Assembly (NCBI GenBank): GCA_003942085.1
Contig: DQIQ01000001.1
Location: forward strand, 24,950-88,949
From: Thermoplasmata archaeon
Lineage (GTDB): Archaea > Thermoplasmatota > E2 > DHVEG-1
Length of the DNA: 64,000 nt
Reading direction: 5' to 3'
Made by a program: the position numbers and the translations under genes
Notes under the pieces: generated by a model
Databases searched by the model: none
Told to the model about the DNA's origin: nothing
Seen by the model: the letters and a program-made list of their open reading frames with translations, nothing else
Shown: piece by piece, positions 19,614-29,127 of the stretch
Numbering within the stretch: the stretch's first letter is position 1
Layout: the number at the start of each line of letters is the position of its first letter

Positions 19614-20825
19614 CTATAGTAATCCGAAACGATCCTTCAGGTAGACTGAGATAAAACGTAGCGAAAGTTTTCGCCAAATGGTCTTCATGCTATCAAGAGT
19701 GAGAATATGTCTCATCGCGATATCAACCAGTTGTTTGTCTTTTTCGAAAAGCCGCATGATGTTGTCTTCTCCCATCCCCCAATGTTGTGACAAGCGGAAG
19801 AAACGTTTATTATTTTTTCCAAAATCATTTCTCCAACGAACAGGATATGACGAGATAACCATTTTGTTCTTCGGATTAGAATCTAAGGCTTCTGTGATGA
19901 CCTTTGCGGCGATCTCTCCTGATACCATCGCGTTGTAGATGCCTTCACCGGTGAGTGGATTGACCATCCCTGCGGCATCCCCACAGATAAATGCTCTCTG
20001 AAGGGCTGTTCGTTGAACTGGGTATGTTGGGAAAACCCCTCCTTTAGGATTTTTAATCTTAAGATTCGACGGTATGATCTTGGTTTCTTTAAGAGTTTTC
20101 AAATAATTTTCATAGATTTCCTTGATGTTCTTCTTCTCGTTTCTTGAACCGATCGCCTGTCGAAACTCGCAGATACCGATATTAACATGTTTGTGCTTAG
20201 GAAATACCCATCCGTACCCAGCGACTCCCAGTGCATTCATATGGATGTGAACCCGTCTTTTTTCGCTGAAAAACTGATCAAGCGTTCTTTTACTTAAGGG
20301 ATGTTCTTCGAAAACACATACACCAATATTCCTACAACTCTGACGAGTCCCCAGCTGTTTTCCGATCGAACCCCACATACCGTCGGCCACGATCACATAA
20401 TTTGATTCGATTTCAGTTCCATCAGTGAGAACGAGGCGTGATTTCTCCTCAGACATCTTAACATTTTTTACCGTTTTTCCCGCAAGAAGCGTCGCACCAC
20501 TTCGTGTCGCAAGATTTACAAGTCCCGCATCAAACTTTTTCCTCAGGATCATAGCTACAATTGGCTCATTTTTTTGTATATCTACGTTATATTTCGAAGC
20601 AAAAGAATGAAGGCTTACCTCATAAGAGAAGGAATCCACGAGACCATTTTCTTCGATATATCTGTATCTCTTTAACACCCGAGCAGGCAATCCTCCGCCA
20701 CAGGGTTTATCCCGGGGAAAAGTACTTTTATCAAGAAGAAGGACGCGCATTCCTTTTTCTGAAAGAAATTTTGCTGCGGTCGAACCTGCAGGTCCAGCTC
20801 CTATCACGACAACATCATATCTCAT
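19614..20825 (-). CDS. FAD-dependent geranylgeranyl reductase family oxidoreductase.
   Basis: MRYDVVVIGAGPAGSTAAKFLSEKGMRVLLLDK dinucleotide fold plus the PCGGG motif. Confidence 0.7.
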   Translation of the reverse strand: MRYDVVVIGAGPAGSTAAKFLSEKGMRVLLLDKSTFPRDKPCGGGLPARVLKRYRYIEENGLVDSFSYEVSLHSFASKYNVDIQKNEPIVAMILRKKFDAGLVNLATRSGATLLAGKTVKNVKMSEEKSRLVLTDGTEIESNYVIVADGMWGSIGKQLGTRQSCRNIGVCVFEEHPLSKRTLDQFFSEKRRVHIHMNALGVAGYGWVFPKHKHVNIGICEFRQAIGSRNEKKNIKEIYENYLKTLKETKIIPSNLKIKNPKGGVFPTYPVQRTALQRAFICGDAAGMVNPLTGEGIYNAMVSGEIAAKVITEALDSNPKNKMVISSYPVRWRNDFGKNNKRFFRLSQHWGMGEDNIMRLFEKDKQLVDIAMRHILTLDSMKTIWRKLSLRFISVYLKDRFGLL

Positions 20826-21121
20826 AGGCCTATTGTCCCCCAGCCAATCCAAAAAATAAAACAGTGTATCGATATATAAATATTGAGATTATCATCTGTT
20901 CGATTTTAATGAAGAAAATAGGTCAAAAAATAACGCTTTCTGCTGTGAGTAGAAACTTTTTTAAGAACAACAATTTAGAGGGATTTGAACACTAAAGCAT
21001 CAGCTGTATAACAGGAAACTTTTCAATCTTAGAAAATTCATCACACACCCATGCTTTGCATTCCATAAAATAGTTAAATCACAAAAGAATATTTTATAAC
21101 TACCATAAAGGAAATAATATC

Positions 21122-22036
21122 ATGAGATTAACTGCTGATATCCTTACATCCGAATTTGGGAAAATACAAGCCCGTTTTAGAACAATTTCCATAGATCATC
21201 TGGAGGATCTTCACAAAGAACTTTTTGAATGGAAACATAAAAGAATCATCACAGAGTCGTTTTTTACACAGAATTATGGTGACTTTCGCTTCCAGATACC
21301 TGATGAAATCCCTGATGCACAATCCATTGTTATCATTGCATTACCACAAAAAATGCATCCTTTAGATTTTCTCATTAATGGGAAACACTATCAGACCATC
21401 ATACCACCGACTTATGTCTATAATTCTGTGAGAAACACGTGCAAAGAGATTTTAACAAAAGAGCTGAAAAAAACTAATCACTCGGTAGTGCGAGCAATAC
21501 TCCCCATGAAACTCCTTGCGGTGAGAAGCGGGCTAGGGGAATACGGGAAAAATAATATCTGTTATGTGGACGGTATGGGAAGCTTTGCCAGGCTGGAAGG
21601 ATTCTATACTGATCATCGATTTCCTTCATATGATTGGCAGGAGAAAAAAGTAATGGAGAGATGTACCAGCTGCATATTGTGCCAGCAGAACTGTCCGACC
21701 CACTGCATCCCTACAGACCGATTTTTGATTCATGCAGAACATTGCCTAACGTATTTTAACGAAAACAAAGAAGAGTTCCCCTCATGGGTCGATCGGCGAT
21801 GCCACCATGCGCTAGTGGGATGTATGAGATGTCAAATGGTGTGTCCACAGAATCGATCAGTCATTGTATCAAAGGAACAACCCGTCATCTTTTCAGAGGA
21901 AGAATCTGCAATGATTCTGAACAAAACCCCACGAGAGAATATCTCTGAGACATTATCTGCCAAATTAATCAGTCTTGATATCAATGAATATTATCCTTTA
22001 TTATCAAGGAATCTCTCGGTTATAAAGAATAAATAG
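21122..22036 (+). CDS. Epoxyqueuosine reductase (QueG)-like 4Fe-4S protein.
   Basis: LLAVRSGLGEYGKNN, GSFARLEGFYTD, CTSCILCQQNCPTHCIP, CLTYFNE and GCMRCQMVCPQN match the QueG arrangement. Confidence 0.55.
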   Translation: MRLTADILTSEFGKIQARFRTISIDHLEDLHKELFEWKHKRIITESFFTQNYGDFRFQIPDEIPDAQSIVIIALPQKMHPLDFLINGKHYQTIIPPTYVYNSVRNTCKEILTKELKKTNHSVVRAILPMKLLAVRSGLGEYGKNNICYVDGMGSFARLEGFYTDHRFPSYDWQEKKVMERCTSCILCQQNCPTHCIPTDRFLIHAEHCLTYFNENKEEFPSWVDRRCHHALVGCMRCQMVCPQNRSVIVSKEQPVIFSEEESAMILNKTPRENISETLSAKLISLDINEYYPLLSRNLSVIKNK

Positions 22037-22117
22037 AGAAATGGACTTCCACTTTTTTTAATAATTTATATAAATTCTGAACTGCTTTCCGCATACAAAA
22101 TATGGAGAAGAGATAGC

Positions 22118-22864
22118 ATGAAGGGCATGGAATATTTCTATGAGCTATTCACTGGTCTTCCTCGCGGCGGACCTGGGGATAATGTATCTACTCAAAAGGC
22201 ATTTGGCTATCTGAAAAATTTACCACCCAAGCCACGTATCCTTGATATCGGCTGCGGACCCGGATTACAGACCCTTGAGCTAGCAAGAATCTCAAAAGGG
22301 AACATTATCGCTTTAGATAACCATCAGCCATTTTTAGATCGCTTAATGCAGAACGCAGCTAAGGAAGGATTGAGAAAAAGGGTCATCCCAAAAAATCAAT
22401 CCATGCTTGAGTTGGATTTTAAGGAAAGCTCATTTGATATTATCTGGTCAGAGGGTGCGCTTTATATTATGGGGTTTCAGCATGGATTAAAACGATGTAA
22501 GCAGCTTCTGAAAAAGAAAGGATATCTAGTCGTGACAGAAGCAGTATTGCTTTTACCAAATATTCCAAAACCACTACAGAGTTTCTGGGATAAAGAATAC
22601 CCTGATATAAAAGACGTAAATGGCAATATCATCCTGATCCAAAATGAAGGTTATGATTTAGCTGCCCATTTCACCTTACCAAAATCATCCTGGATCGATG
22701 AATATTATTCTCCGATGGAAAAAAGGATACAAGAATTAAAGAAAAAATATGATGATAATACCGCTGCTTTGCAGGTGTTTGAGAAATGCGAAAAAGAAAT
22801 TAAAATATATCAGACGTATTCCGATTTTTTTGGCTATGAATTTTTCATTATGCAGAAGAAGTAA
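22118..22864 (+). CDS. Class I SAM-dependent methyltransferase.
   Basis: ILDIGCGPGLQTLELA motif I. Confidence 0.7.
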   Translation: MKGMEYFYELFTGLPRGGPGDNVSTQKAFGYLKNLPPKPRILDIGCGPGLQTLELARISKGNIIALDNHQPFLDRLMQNAAKEGLRKRVIPKNQSMLELDFKESSFDIIWSEGALYIMGFQHGLKRCKQLLKKKGYLVVTEAVLLLPNIPKPLQSFWDKEYPDIKDVNGNIILIQNEGYDLAAHFTLPKSSWIDEYYSPMEKRIQELKKKYDDNTAALQVFEKCEKEIKIYQTYSDFFGYEFFIMQKK

Positions 22865-23015
22865 CATATCGTGATATTTGCAATCAACAACAGATTTGTT
22901 TACAAAAAAAGTGATGGGAGAGAGTTGAATCCAAGATTACCAGGATGGCGATGTTCATGGCCGATGATGACGGTTGACGATTACCTGATGTATCGTCTAT
23001 TTCCATAGATCATTT

Positions 23016-23540
23016 TTAGAGTAGCAAGAGCAATCCATAATAGTTTTGAGTGCAACTATGGTCAGAAACCACTTCGATGGGAAACCCTGCAACTCTAGCC
23101 GTCTGGAAGACATCTATGCCACAAGCTTCCATGGAAGGGCGTGCTTCTTCGGTATGCTTGCAGCCTTTTTCCACATTACATTTTTCACACAGAACGCAGG
23201 GGCCTGCACTCATACCAAATGCCTTATAATATCCTGAGAGAAACGCCTCACGTTCAAGGGTTGAGACAATGCTTTTCATATCGGTCCATTCCTTTGATGG
23301 GAGATGTATCAAGATAGCGGTTTTGTACTCATCGAGCATTCGTCGTGTCTCTTGTGGTGTAGGAGAGTACGGAGGACAGGTGAGATGTTCGCTATAACCG
23401 TCACAGCCGTATTGACATTTTCGTCGGACCCACTCCGCGGTAAAGACCTGTTGTGGAGTAATCAGCTTTGCATCTTTTGCTCCCAATTCACATGCTCTGC
23501 GTATGAAATACTTTGATGGAGGAAGGGATTTTTCACTCAT
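23016..23540 (-). CDS. Cys-rich predicted metal-binding protein (DUF2284-like). The start is taken at MSEKSLP.
   Basis: It has several Cx2C/Cx3C groups (CQYGCDGY, CPPY, CVLCEKCNVEKGC). Confidence 0.4.
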   Translation of the reverse strand: MSEKSLPPSKYFIRRACELGAKDAKLITPQQVFTAEWVRRKCQYGCDGYSEHLTCPPYSPTPQETRRMLDEYKTAILIHLPSKEWTDMKSIVSTLEREAFLSGYYKAFGMSAGPCVLCEKCNVEKGCKHTEEARPSMEACGIDVFQTARVAGFPIEVVSDHSCTQNYYGLLLLL

Positions 23541-23647
23541 CGACTTAGAAATGATGATTCGTGATTTAAATGAATCTGTACAAAGTGCAAGTGATGGATT
23601 TGAACACGAGAGTATCGGTAAGACCATTAATGATGGTGAGAATTCTT

Positions 23648-23845
23648 TTATTCATCTTCAAAAATAAACAGCTCATCAATGGTCGTTTGTAGGGCTTTTG
23701 CAATATCGTGGGCTAATTGAAGGGAAGGATTGTAGTTTCCCTTCTCAATGAAAAGGATCGTTTCTCGTCGGACTCCCACCTTTTTTGCTAGATCTTCTTG
23801 GGTGAGGTTGTATCGTGCCCGCAGTTCCTTGATGCGTGTTTTCAT
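23648..23845 (-). CDS. XRE-family HTH transcriptional regulator.
   Basis: [39 protein letters not shown] is a Cro/C1 HTH. Confidence 0.8.
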   Translation of the reverse strand: MKTRIKELRARYNLTQEDLAKKVGVRRETILFIEKGNYNPSLQLAHDIAKALQTTIDELFIFEDE

Positions 23846-23847
23846 AA

Positions 23848-24261
23848 TTAGTTCCCTTTTCGAGCGAGATAGAGATATGATATGACGAATACAAATCCTG
23901 AGACCATCACCACGATTGCTGCGACATCCCCGCCTTTAGGTTCGTATCTGAAGAGTATGTCGAAAAGTACTGGGGTAAACACTGCGCTCCAGATCGCTGC
24001 AATAAACGCGTAGTATCCTGCCTTATAGTTGATGTTTATCAATCGTTCATCTTTTGCTGGTAATCCTTTTTGTACATTCTTTAATCGGTCCCAGACGATG
24101 TACATTGCTAAAGCAACTAGTACCAACACGATACCAACAAGTAAGATTTCGTTTAATTCAATATCACCTGCACTCTTGAGATAAAAAAACAGTGTCGTTA
24201 ATACCGCAGCGACAATTATGATGCTTAAAACAACCACTTTTTTGTCTTTCATGTTTTTCAC
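23848..24261 (-). CDS. Small 4-TM membrane protein paired with the XRE regulator.
   Basis: It has four hydrophobic helices and sits 2 nt downstream of the HTH gene, in the common XRE-plus-membrane-partner arrangement. Confidence 0.5.
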   Translation of the reverse strand: MKNMKDKKVVVLSIIIVAAVLTTLFFYLKSAGDIELNEILLVGIVLVLVALAMYIVWDRLKNVQKGLPAKDERLININYKAGYYAFIAAIWSAVFTPVLFDILFRYEPKGGDVAAIVVMVSGFVFVISYLYLARKGN

Positions 24262-24434
24262 CTAATATTAATGTGTGTTAGTAATAACTTTTTATTATTT
24301 ATTTCTAACATTATGTTATGTAAATATAACATATACTATTTATATCTTACGCTAAAGAAAGTTGGACAAATTCTTCACAATTAACGAATGCATTATCTTT
24401 TTGTACAACAATGAATGAAAAAATCTAAAAAAAA

Positions 24435-24456
24435 GTGCGGGGGAAGGGATTTGAAC
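24435..24456 (-). repeat. att-like copy (21/22 nt) of the tRNA-Leu 3' end, followed by TTACTAGTA-type motifs.
   Basis: gtgcgggggaagggatttgaac versus the tRNA 3' end gtgcaggggaagggatttgaac. tctaatttactagta follows immediately and ggtttactagtaatctc lies 75 nt further on. Confidence 0.6.
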
Positions 24457-24907
24457 TCTAATTTACTAGTATGCTCCTCATTTTTCTCCTGATACGATAC
24501 CATCATCATTTTTGAGCGGGTTATCAACTCGAAGCTACAAAGGTTTACTAGTAATCTCTCCCTGTTATGCTGATCTAAGTATATTTTTATCAGTATAAAC
24601 ATAATCGTTCCGGTCAACTATCAGCTTGGTTTATGTCATTTATATAAGTGGTCTCATCGATGCTCCTGTCGGGATTACGTGCCAATTCTTCAGAGCCCTC
24701 GGGAGGAAGGAAGTGAAAGACTGGCATAAAACCCCTCTGGAAGAATACTTGCTGGAAGTTCAAAGCTCCCAGATGGTTTGAAAAAATTACGCGAACGTGA
24801 TAGGCAGTCCGTGGCAGTAGAAGGAGACGTTGAGTAAGTCTTCCTCGTCGTAGAAACCTTGCTCGCAAGCCTAATGTCAAGGATGAATCAGTGAGTAAAC
24901 CTGGAGT

Positions 24908-26314
24908 TTAATTTAAATTATTTATTAAAAATTTAAAACCTATCATGAACCATCGAGGGTCCTTATCTCGTAGGAATCGTTTGAGGTATCTTAACCATAA
25001 AATCGGATTGTAAAAAAACCTATTGTATCCTTTGATAGTGTACTTTATGATCTCTTTCGATGTAAAATTTCCCAGTTTTTTTGATGAGTCGGTATAAATG
25101 AAATGCCCATCTTTAGAATAACTTATTTTCCCTTCTTTCTCTGCTTCACACCATAAGTCTGAGCCGCAGACGTAACGAAGAGCTAAAAAACTCGCCATGT
25201 CTAATGGCAATGATGTCGCAAATTTTATTGTTCTTTTAATATGTTTTTCTGTTTCAATCGGAGCACCTAAAATAAACATTCCTGTTGTTAGAAAACCCAT
25301 CTTATGACTTAGTTCAATTGTTTTTACAACATCTGGAATCAAGAGTTTTTTATTGTAGTAATCGAGAACATCTTGGTTCCCTGATTCTATTCCGTAGTTG
25401 ATAATTCTCACCCCGGCTTTCTTCAGTTGAGTATATAACTCTTCATCGCCAGAATCAGCTCTCGCCTCATTTATCCATAAATCTAATTTATATTGCTTTG
25501 TTATGATGTGTTCCATTATTTTCATTATCCTTTTTTTGTCGGCGAGGAGATTGTCATCCGAAAACGCTATGGTTTCATAACCTTGTGATACAATCTCATC
25601 GATTTCGTTTATAACATTTTTTACAGATCTCTTTTGATAATACGGAATGTGCGCCTTCAAACCACAAAAACGACATCGATGCGGGCAGCCTCTCGATGTG
25701 AGTATTGATGTTACTTTACCTTTCCCAAACTTGATATTCATGATGTGCCCATAGGTATATTTTTCTGTAAGATAACGAGCTGGAAAAGGTAATTGGTCCA
25801 AGTCCTCAATTTTGTTTTTTCCTAAATTGTGAACGATTTTGTTGTTTTCTTTATAGCAAACTCCAGGTAGATTTTTTATTGGTTTGTTTAATTTAATTGA
25901 TTCCATTATTGATGCGATGACGGTTTCTCCAGGCCCTCGAACTGCGACATCTGCATTAAATTCTCTTAACGATTCTTCTGTTAAAAGCGATACGTGCGGC
26001 CCGCCTATTATAATTTTAATTTTAGGATTTCTTTCTTTAATTTTTTTAGCAATATCTAATGCAAATTGTTTATCCTGAGGTTGACTATAAACAGTGAGGC
26101 CGACGACATCGTTTTTTCCAGCTATCTCATCGATTCTGTTATCGTTTATCTGTTCAGCAGATCCATCAATGATTTCCACAATATAATTGTTCAATTCAAG
26201 GATTTTTCCCAGATATAATAATCCCAATGGGGGGAAAGATGGCTTAAATTGCATTTTTTTATTTACCGCAATTTCGTAATTACCTTTGGCACAATTGATC
26301 AATGTAATGTTCAT
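24908..26314 (-). CDS. B12-binding-domain radical SAM enzyme (second copy in the window).
   Basis: It has an N-terminal B12-binding domain (IIIGGPHVS) and LTSRGCPHRCRFCG. It lies between two att-like repeats. Confidence 0.75.
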   Translation of the reverse strand: MNITLINCAKGNYEIAVNKKMQFKPSFPPLGLLYLGKILELNNYIVEIIDGSAEQINDNRIDEIAGKNDVVGLTVYSQPQDKQFALDIAKKIKERNPKIKIIIGGPHVSLLTEESLREFNADVAVRGPGETVIASIMESIKLNKPIKNLPGVCYKENNKIVHNLGKNKIEDLDQLPFPARYLTEKYTYGHIMNIKFGKGKVTSILTSRGCPHRCRFCGLKAHIPYYQKRSVKNVINEIDEIVSQGYETIAFSDDNLLADKKRIMKIMEHIITKQYKLDLWINEARADSGDEELYTQLKKAGVRIINYGIESGNQDVLDYYNKKLLIPDVVKTIELSHKMGFLTTGMFILGAPIETEKHIKRTIKFATSLPLDMASFLALRYVCGSDLWCEAEKEGKISYSKDGHFIYTDSSKKLGNFTSKEIIKYTIKGYNRFFYNPILWLRYLKRFLRDKDPRWFMIGFKFLINNLN

Positions 26315-26504
26315 ATTAATTTTTACCTTGGATTAAAAGTATCCTTCACCATCTATATTAATATCATTGATTGAATGAAGAAGACCATTATAATTTATAA
26401 AAATTAGTTATGGAGGAAAGAGAATCATGCTTAGGTAAATGAGATTTTGTGTAAATGCTTGGTTCATAATATTTACGTGTTAGTCCAGGAGATGTTTGAG
26501 GAGT

Positions 26505-26760
26505 TTATATGCATAGCCCTCCTAATGAACAGGTATTTACGGATTCAAATCATTTTTTAGTCCTATGGCATGTTTCTCCTGGAAAAGTTGAAAATAAGTG
26601 CAGGGGAAGGGATTTGAACACTAATTTACTAGTACACTAGTATCTCGCTCCTTAAGGTATTTTGATTTTATTCAATTACTAGTAAATATCCTAATTCCAG
26701 GACTCAACTCTAAGCTTGTTACACTAGTCAGTTACCAGTTGCTTTTCTCCATCTGATGTA
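26505..26760. repeat. Non-coding copy A of a segmentally duplicated block of roughly 550 bp (the partner starts at 28585).
   Basis: About 85% identity to 28585-28813 by eye, spanning the att-like core, the TTACTAGTA motifs and the 3' end of the downstream gene. Confidence 0.6.
26598..26619 (-). repeat. att-like exact 22-nt copy of the tRNA-Leu 3' end.
   Basis: gtgcaggggaagggatttgaac, followed by actaatttactagtacactagta and later caattactagtaaat. Confidence 0.65.
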
Positions 26761-28515
26761 TTATTTGTAACCAATAATAAGAAGTGGATGATACTCACTG
26801 TATTCTTTTGAGTGGTAGCATGAGCATTCTTGGCTCCCACTTGTGTCCACCATCCTCCATCCGTAATTAGGAGCACCGCCAAGGTAAAACAATTGGATGT
26901 CTCCAGTAAGGTTCCAGAAAACCCAAGTATTGAGCGTCGATGGCACGATTGCTAATGAAGATGGTTCTGGGTCATATGATGGTTGGGTATTCCAGGTGAC
27001 TGTTCCTTCATCCCAATCGCTGGTGACTTTATAGGCGTTCACTTGATGGCCACCAGGGTTTCCATCCGAGCTATGAAAATAGTACAGTTGAAGGGAGGCA
27101 TACTGGATGGTCACATTAGATGGAAGAGTGCTTATATTATATTTGATGAGTCCGTCCAATTCCAACCAAGAGATAGAAATGTGAGATCTGATATCAATCG
27201 GATCACTGGTCCCTGCATTACTATTAGGACTTACTTCTGAAATTGTGGCATCATCAGTTGGTTCAAGGACTACGGTATTTTCAGAACTAGTCCTGAATGA
27301 AAACATTTTTTTTGACCAGTACCTTCCATCGGTGACATTCACAAACCACGTATAAGAGGTAAAATAATCAAGGCCACTGATAGGAACAGTGTATCGACCG
27401 TTGCCGACGCCAGTCCCAGCTCCTGATCCGATATCTGGTTGTGTCTCAACCGTCCAATTCATCAGATCCCCCTGATAATCGGTCAAATCAAAACTCACAT
27501 TTGACGTAGATATTGGTACAAACTCAGCGTTTTGGTTTGGTGACGGATTCCTAATTAATGGAAACAACGTCTCTGTAGTAAATGTGCGTGTTCTCCCCAC
27601 CGGCGTCCCCGAAGTATCCCCTTCGTAGATCAGGATCAACCAAGAATATGTGGTGCCGTTCTGCAACGGATGAACAATGGGAATGGTGTAGGTTCCATTT
27701 GGTATCAAAGTAGCGGTTCCACCACCGATGTCCGGACTTGTTGTGACCTTATAACTCATGAGATCACCTTCAATATCGTGGATTTTAAAACTAAGCTCGG
27801 TGAGGGAAAGAGAAACGTTTTGTTCTCCATCTGCAGGTGAAATATCGGAAATATATGGGAATTGGTTATTTTGATTTAGATACCACTTACAGCCAAGATG
27901 ACTAGCAATTTTCTCTATTGATTCAATGATAAGAGCCCCGATAGTTTCGCATAGATAAAGATCCCATCGCCACCCACTTAATAACATATACGCGCCCACA
28001 GCATACAAAGGAATCATAAGTGTGCAAATTATTGGGAAATGCCAACTTGATGCATCCTTACTTTCACAATCGCATCCTGAGTTTGACAACTGCATTATGT
28101 CTTCTTGTAATTTAACGTTCTTTTCTATGACAGCATTTATTTCTTGTTGTAATTCAGGATTAATCAATTGATGTGCCCGGATCATTGATTGAATCCTTGA
28201 TTTACTAGAAAACTTTGAGAGAACCAACCCGATCAAATACATTCGTTTTAGTTGATTCTTTGTTAAAACAGGAATCTCTGATGTTGGGGATATTCCTCTA
28301 CTCATCTGGGATTTGAGAATGATTCTCTGGATCTCTCTGTTATTTGTTATATCCAAGATGGTTTGGAATAAAAGCTCTCTCTGATTGACTGTTTCTTTTT
28401 TGGCTTGTCGATGTGATGTTTGAACCGTCTGAAATCCAACAACATTGCTCAACGAAGCAAGAATGAGAACAACAACGGCAACAATACTGACTCCAATCAG
28501 AGGATACTTCTTCAT
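26761..28515 (-). CDS. Surface protein with an N-terminal anchored CDCE module, two Ig-like repeats and a C-terminal LPSN...VTWNTxP (DNRLRE/CBM-like) module.
   Basis: N-terminal anchor MKKYPLIGVSIVAVVVLILASL, CDCE, a hydrophobic segment, a repeated GDLMxxxVxTxPDIGxG...Y(T/S)W motif, many NxS/T sequons, and a C-terminal STLPSNVTIQYASLQLYY...VTSDWDEGTVTWNTQPSY...HPLLIIGYK. Confidence 0.6.
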   Translation of the reverse strand: MKKYPLIGVSIVAVVVLILASLSNVVGFQTVQTSHRQAKKETVNQRELLFQTILDITNNREIQRIILKSQMSRGISPTSEIPVLTKNQLKRMYLIGLVLSKFSSKSRIQSMIRAHQLINPELQQEINAVIEKNVKLQEDIMQLSNSGCDCESKDASSWHFPIICTLMIPLYAVGAYMLLSGWRWDLYLCETIGALIIESIEKIASHLGCKWYLNQNNQFPYISDISPADGEQNVSLSLTELSFKIHDIEGDLMSYKVTTSPDIGGGTATLIPNGTYTIPIVHPLQNGTTYSWLILIYEGDTSGTPVGRTRTFTTETLFPLIRNPSPNQNAEFVPISTSNVSFDLTDYQGDLMNWTVETQPDIGSGAGTGVGNGRYTVPISGLDYFTSYTWFVNVTDGRYWSKKMFSFRTSSENTVVLEPTDDATISEVSPNSNAGTSDPIDIRSHISISWLELDGLIKYNISTLPSNVTIQYASLQLYYFHSSDGNPGGHQVNAYKVTSDWDEGTVTWNTQPSYDPEPSSLAIVPSTLNTWVFWNLTGDIQLFYLGGAPNYGWRMVDTSGSQECSCYHSKEYSEYHPLLIIGYK

Positions 28516-28584
28516 CCTTTTCTTCCTATATGAAAAATAAAGACCTCTTGTCTATTTAAAATCTTCCTTCCAAGTAATTTACCT

Positions 28585-28813
28585 GTATTTAGGAGTTCAA
28601 ATCATTTTTTAGTCTCATGGCGATTTTCTTCTGGGAAAAGAGAAAAAAAGTGCAGGGGAAGGGATTTGAACACTAATTTACTAGTATACTAGTATCTCTC
28701 TCCTCAGGGAGATTTTGATTTTATTAAATTACTAGTAAGTATTCTAATTTCAGCGCCCGACTGTTGGCTTGTTACGTTAGTCAGTTAGCTGTTGTTTTTC
28801 TTAATCTGAAGTA
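28585..28813. repeat. Non-coding copy B of the segmental duplication.
   Basis: See 26505-26760. The similarity continues into 28814-29119. Confidence 0.6.
28650..28671 (-). repeat. att-like exact 22-nt copy of the tRNA-Leu 3' end.
   Basis: gtgcaggggaagggatttgaac, followed by actaatttactagtatactagta and aaattactagtaag. Confidence 0.65.
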
Positions 28814-29119
28814 TTATTTATAACCGATAATAAGAAGAGGATGAAACTCACTATAGTCTTTTGAGTAGAAGCACGAGCATTTCTGAGTTCCACTCGTGTC
28901 CATCATCCTCCATCCGTAATTGGGAGCGCTACTATTAACAAACAATTGGACGTCTCCAGTAAGGTTCCAAAAAACCCAGCTATTAATCGTCGCTGGCATG
29001 ATAGCAAATGAAGATGGTTCTGTGACATAGGACGGTCGGGTATTCCACGTGACGTTTTTTTCATTCCAATCACTCGTAATTCGATATGCGTTCACCTGAT
29101 GTCCGCTGGGGGTTCCCAT
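28814..29119 (-). pseudogene. Detached C-terminal LPSN/VTWNTxP-module fragment, probably the frameshifted 3' part of the beta-helix gene upstream.
   Basis: The 101-aa ORF GHQVNAYRITSDWNEKNVTWNTRPSY...HPLLIIGYK is about 75% identical to the C-terminus of the 26761-28515 product. It has no signal peptide and sits one frame off, 8 nt after the stop of 29128-30144. Confidence 0.45.
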
Positions 29120-29127
29120 TCAAGTTT

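Noticed and set aside
20941-21010. tRNA-like T-loop string (gttcaaatccctct) on the reverse strand.
   Set aside because: No complementary T-stem or acceptor stem can be formed. It is treated as a degenerate att remnant rather than a tRNA gene.
24393-24880. Two minus-strand ORFs (74 and 88 aa) in the non-coding gap beside the att-like repeat.
   Set aside because: They are Arg/Leu-rich low-complexity translations that overlap the repeat and hairpin region. The first reading frame runs straight through the tRNA-fragment copy.
24650-24900. Possible SRP (7S) or RNase P RNA, based on GGAAGGAAG and GAAAGACTGG strings.
   Set aside because: The conserved SRP helix-8 context (GCA..GGUA) and the RNase P P4 consensus are absent. 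Only generic hairpins remain, so it is listed as a low-interest finding instead.
24435-28671. Possibility that the repeated 22-mers are a CRISPR array.
   Set aside because: The three copies are about 2 kb apart rather than 30-40 bp, they flank full-length genes, and the repeat is identical to a tRNA 3' end. No cas genes are present.
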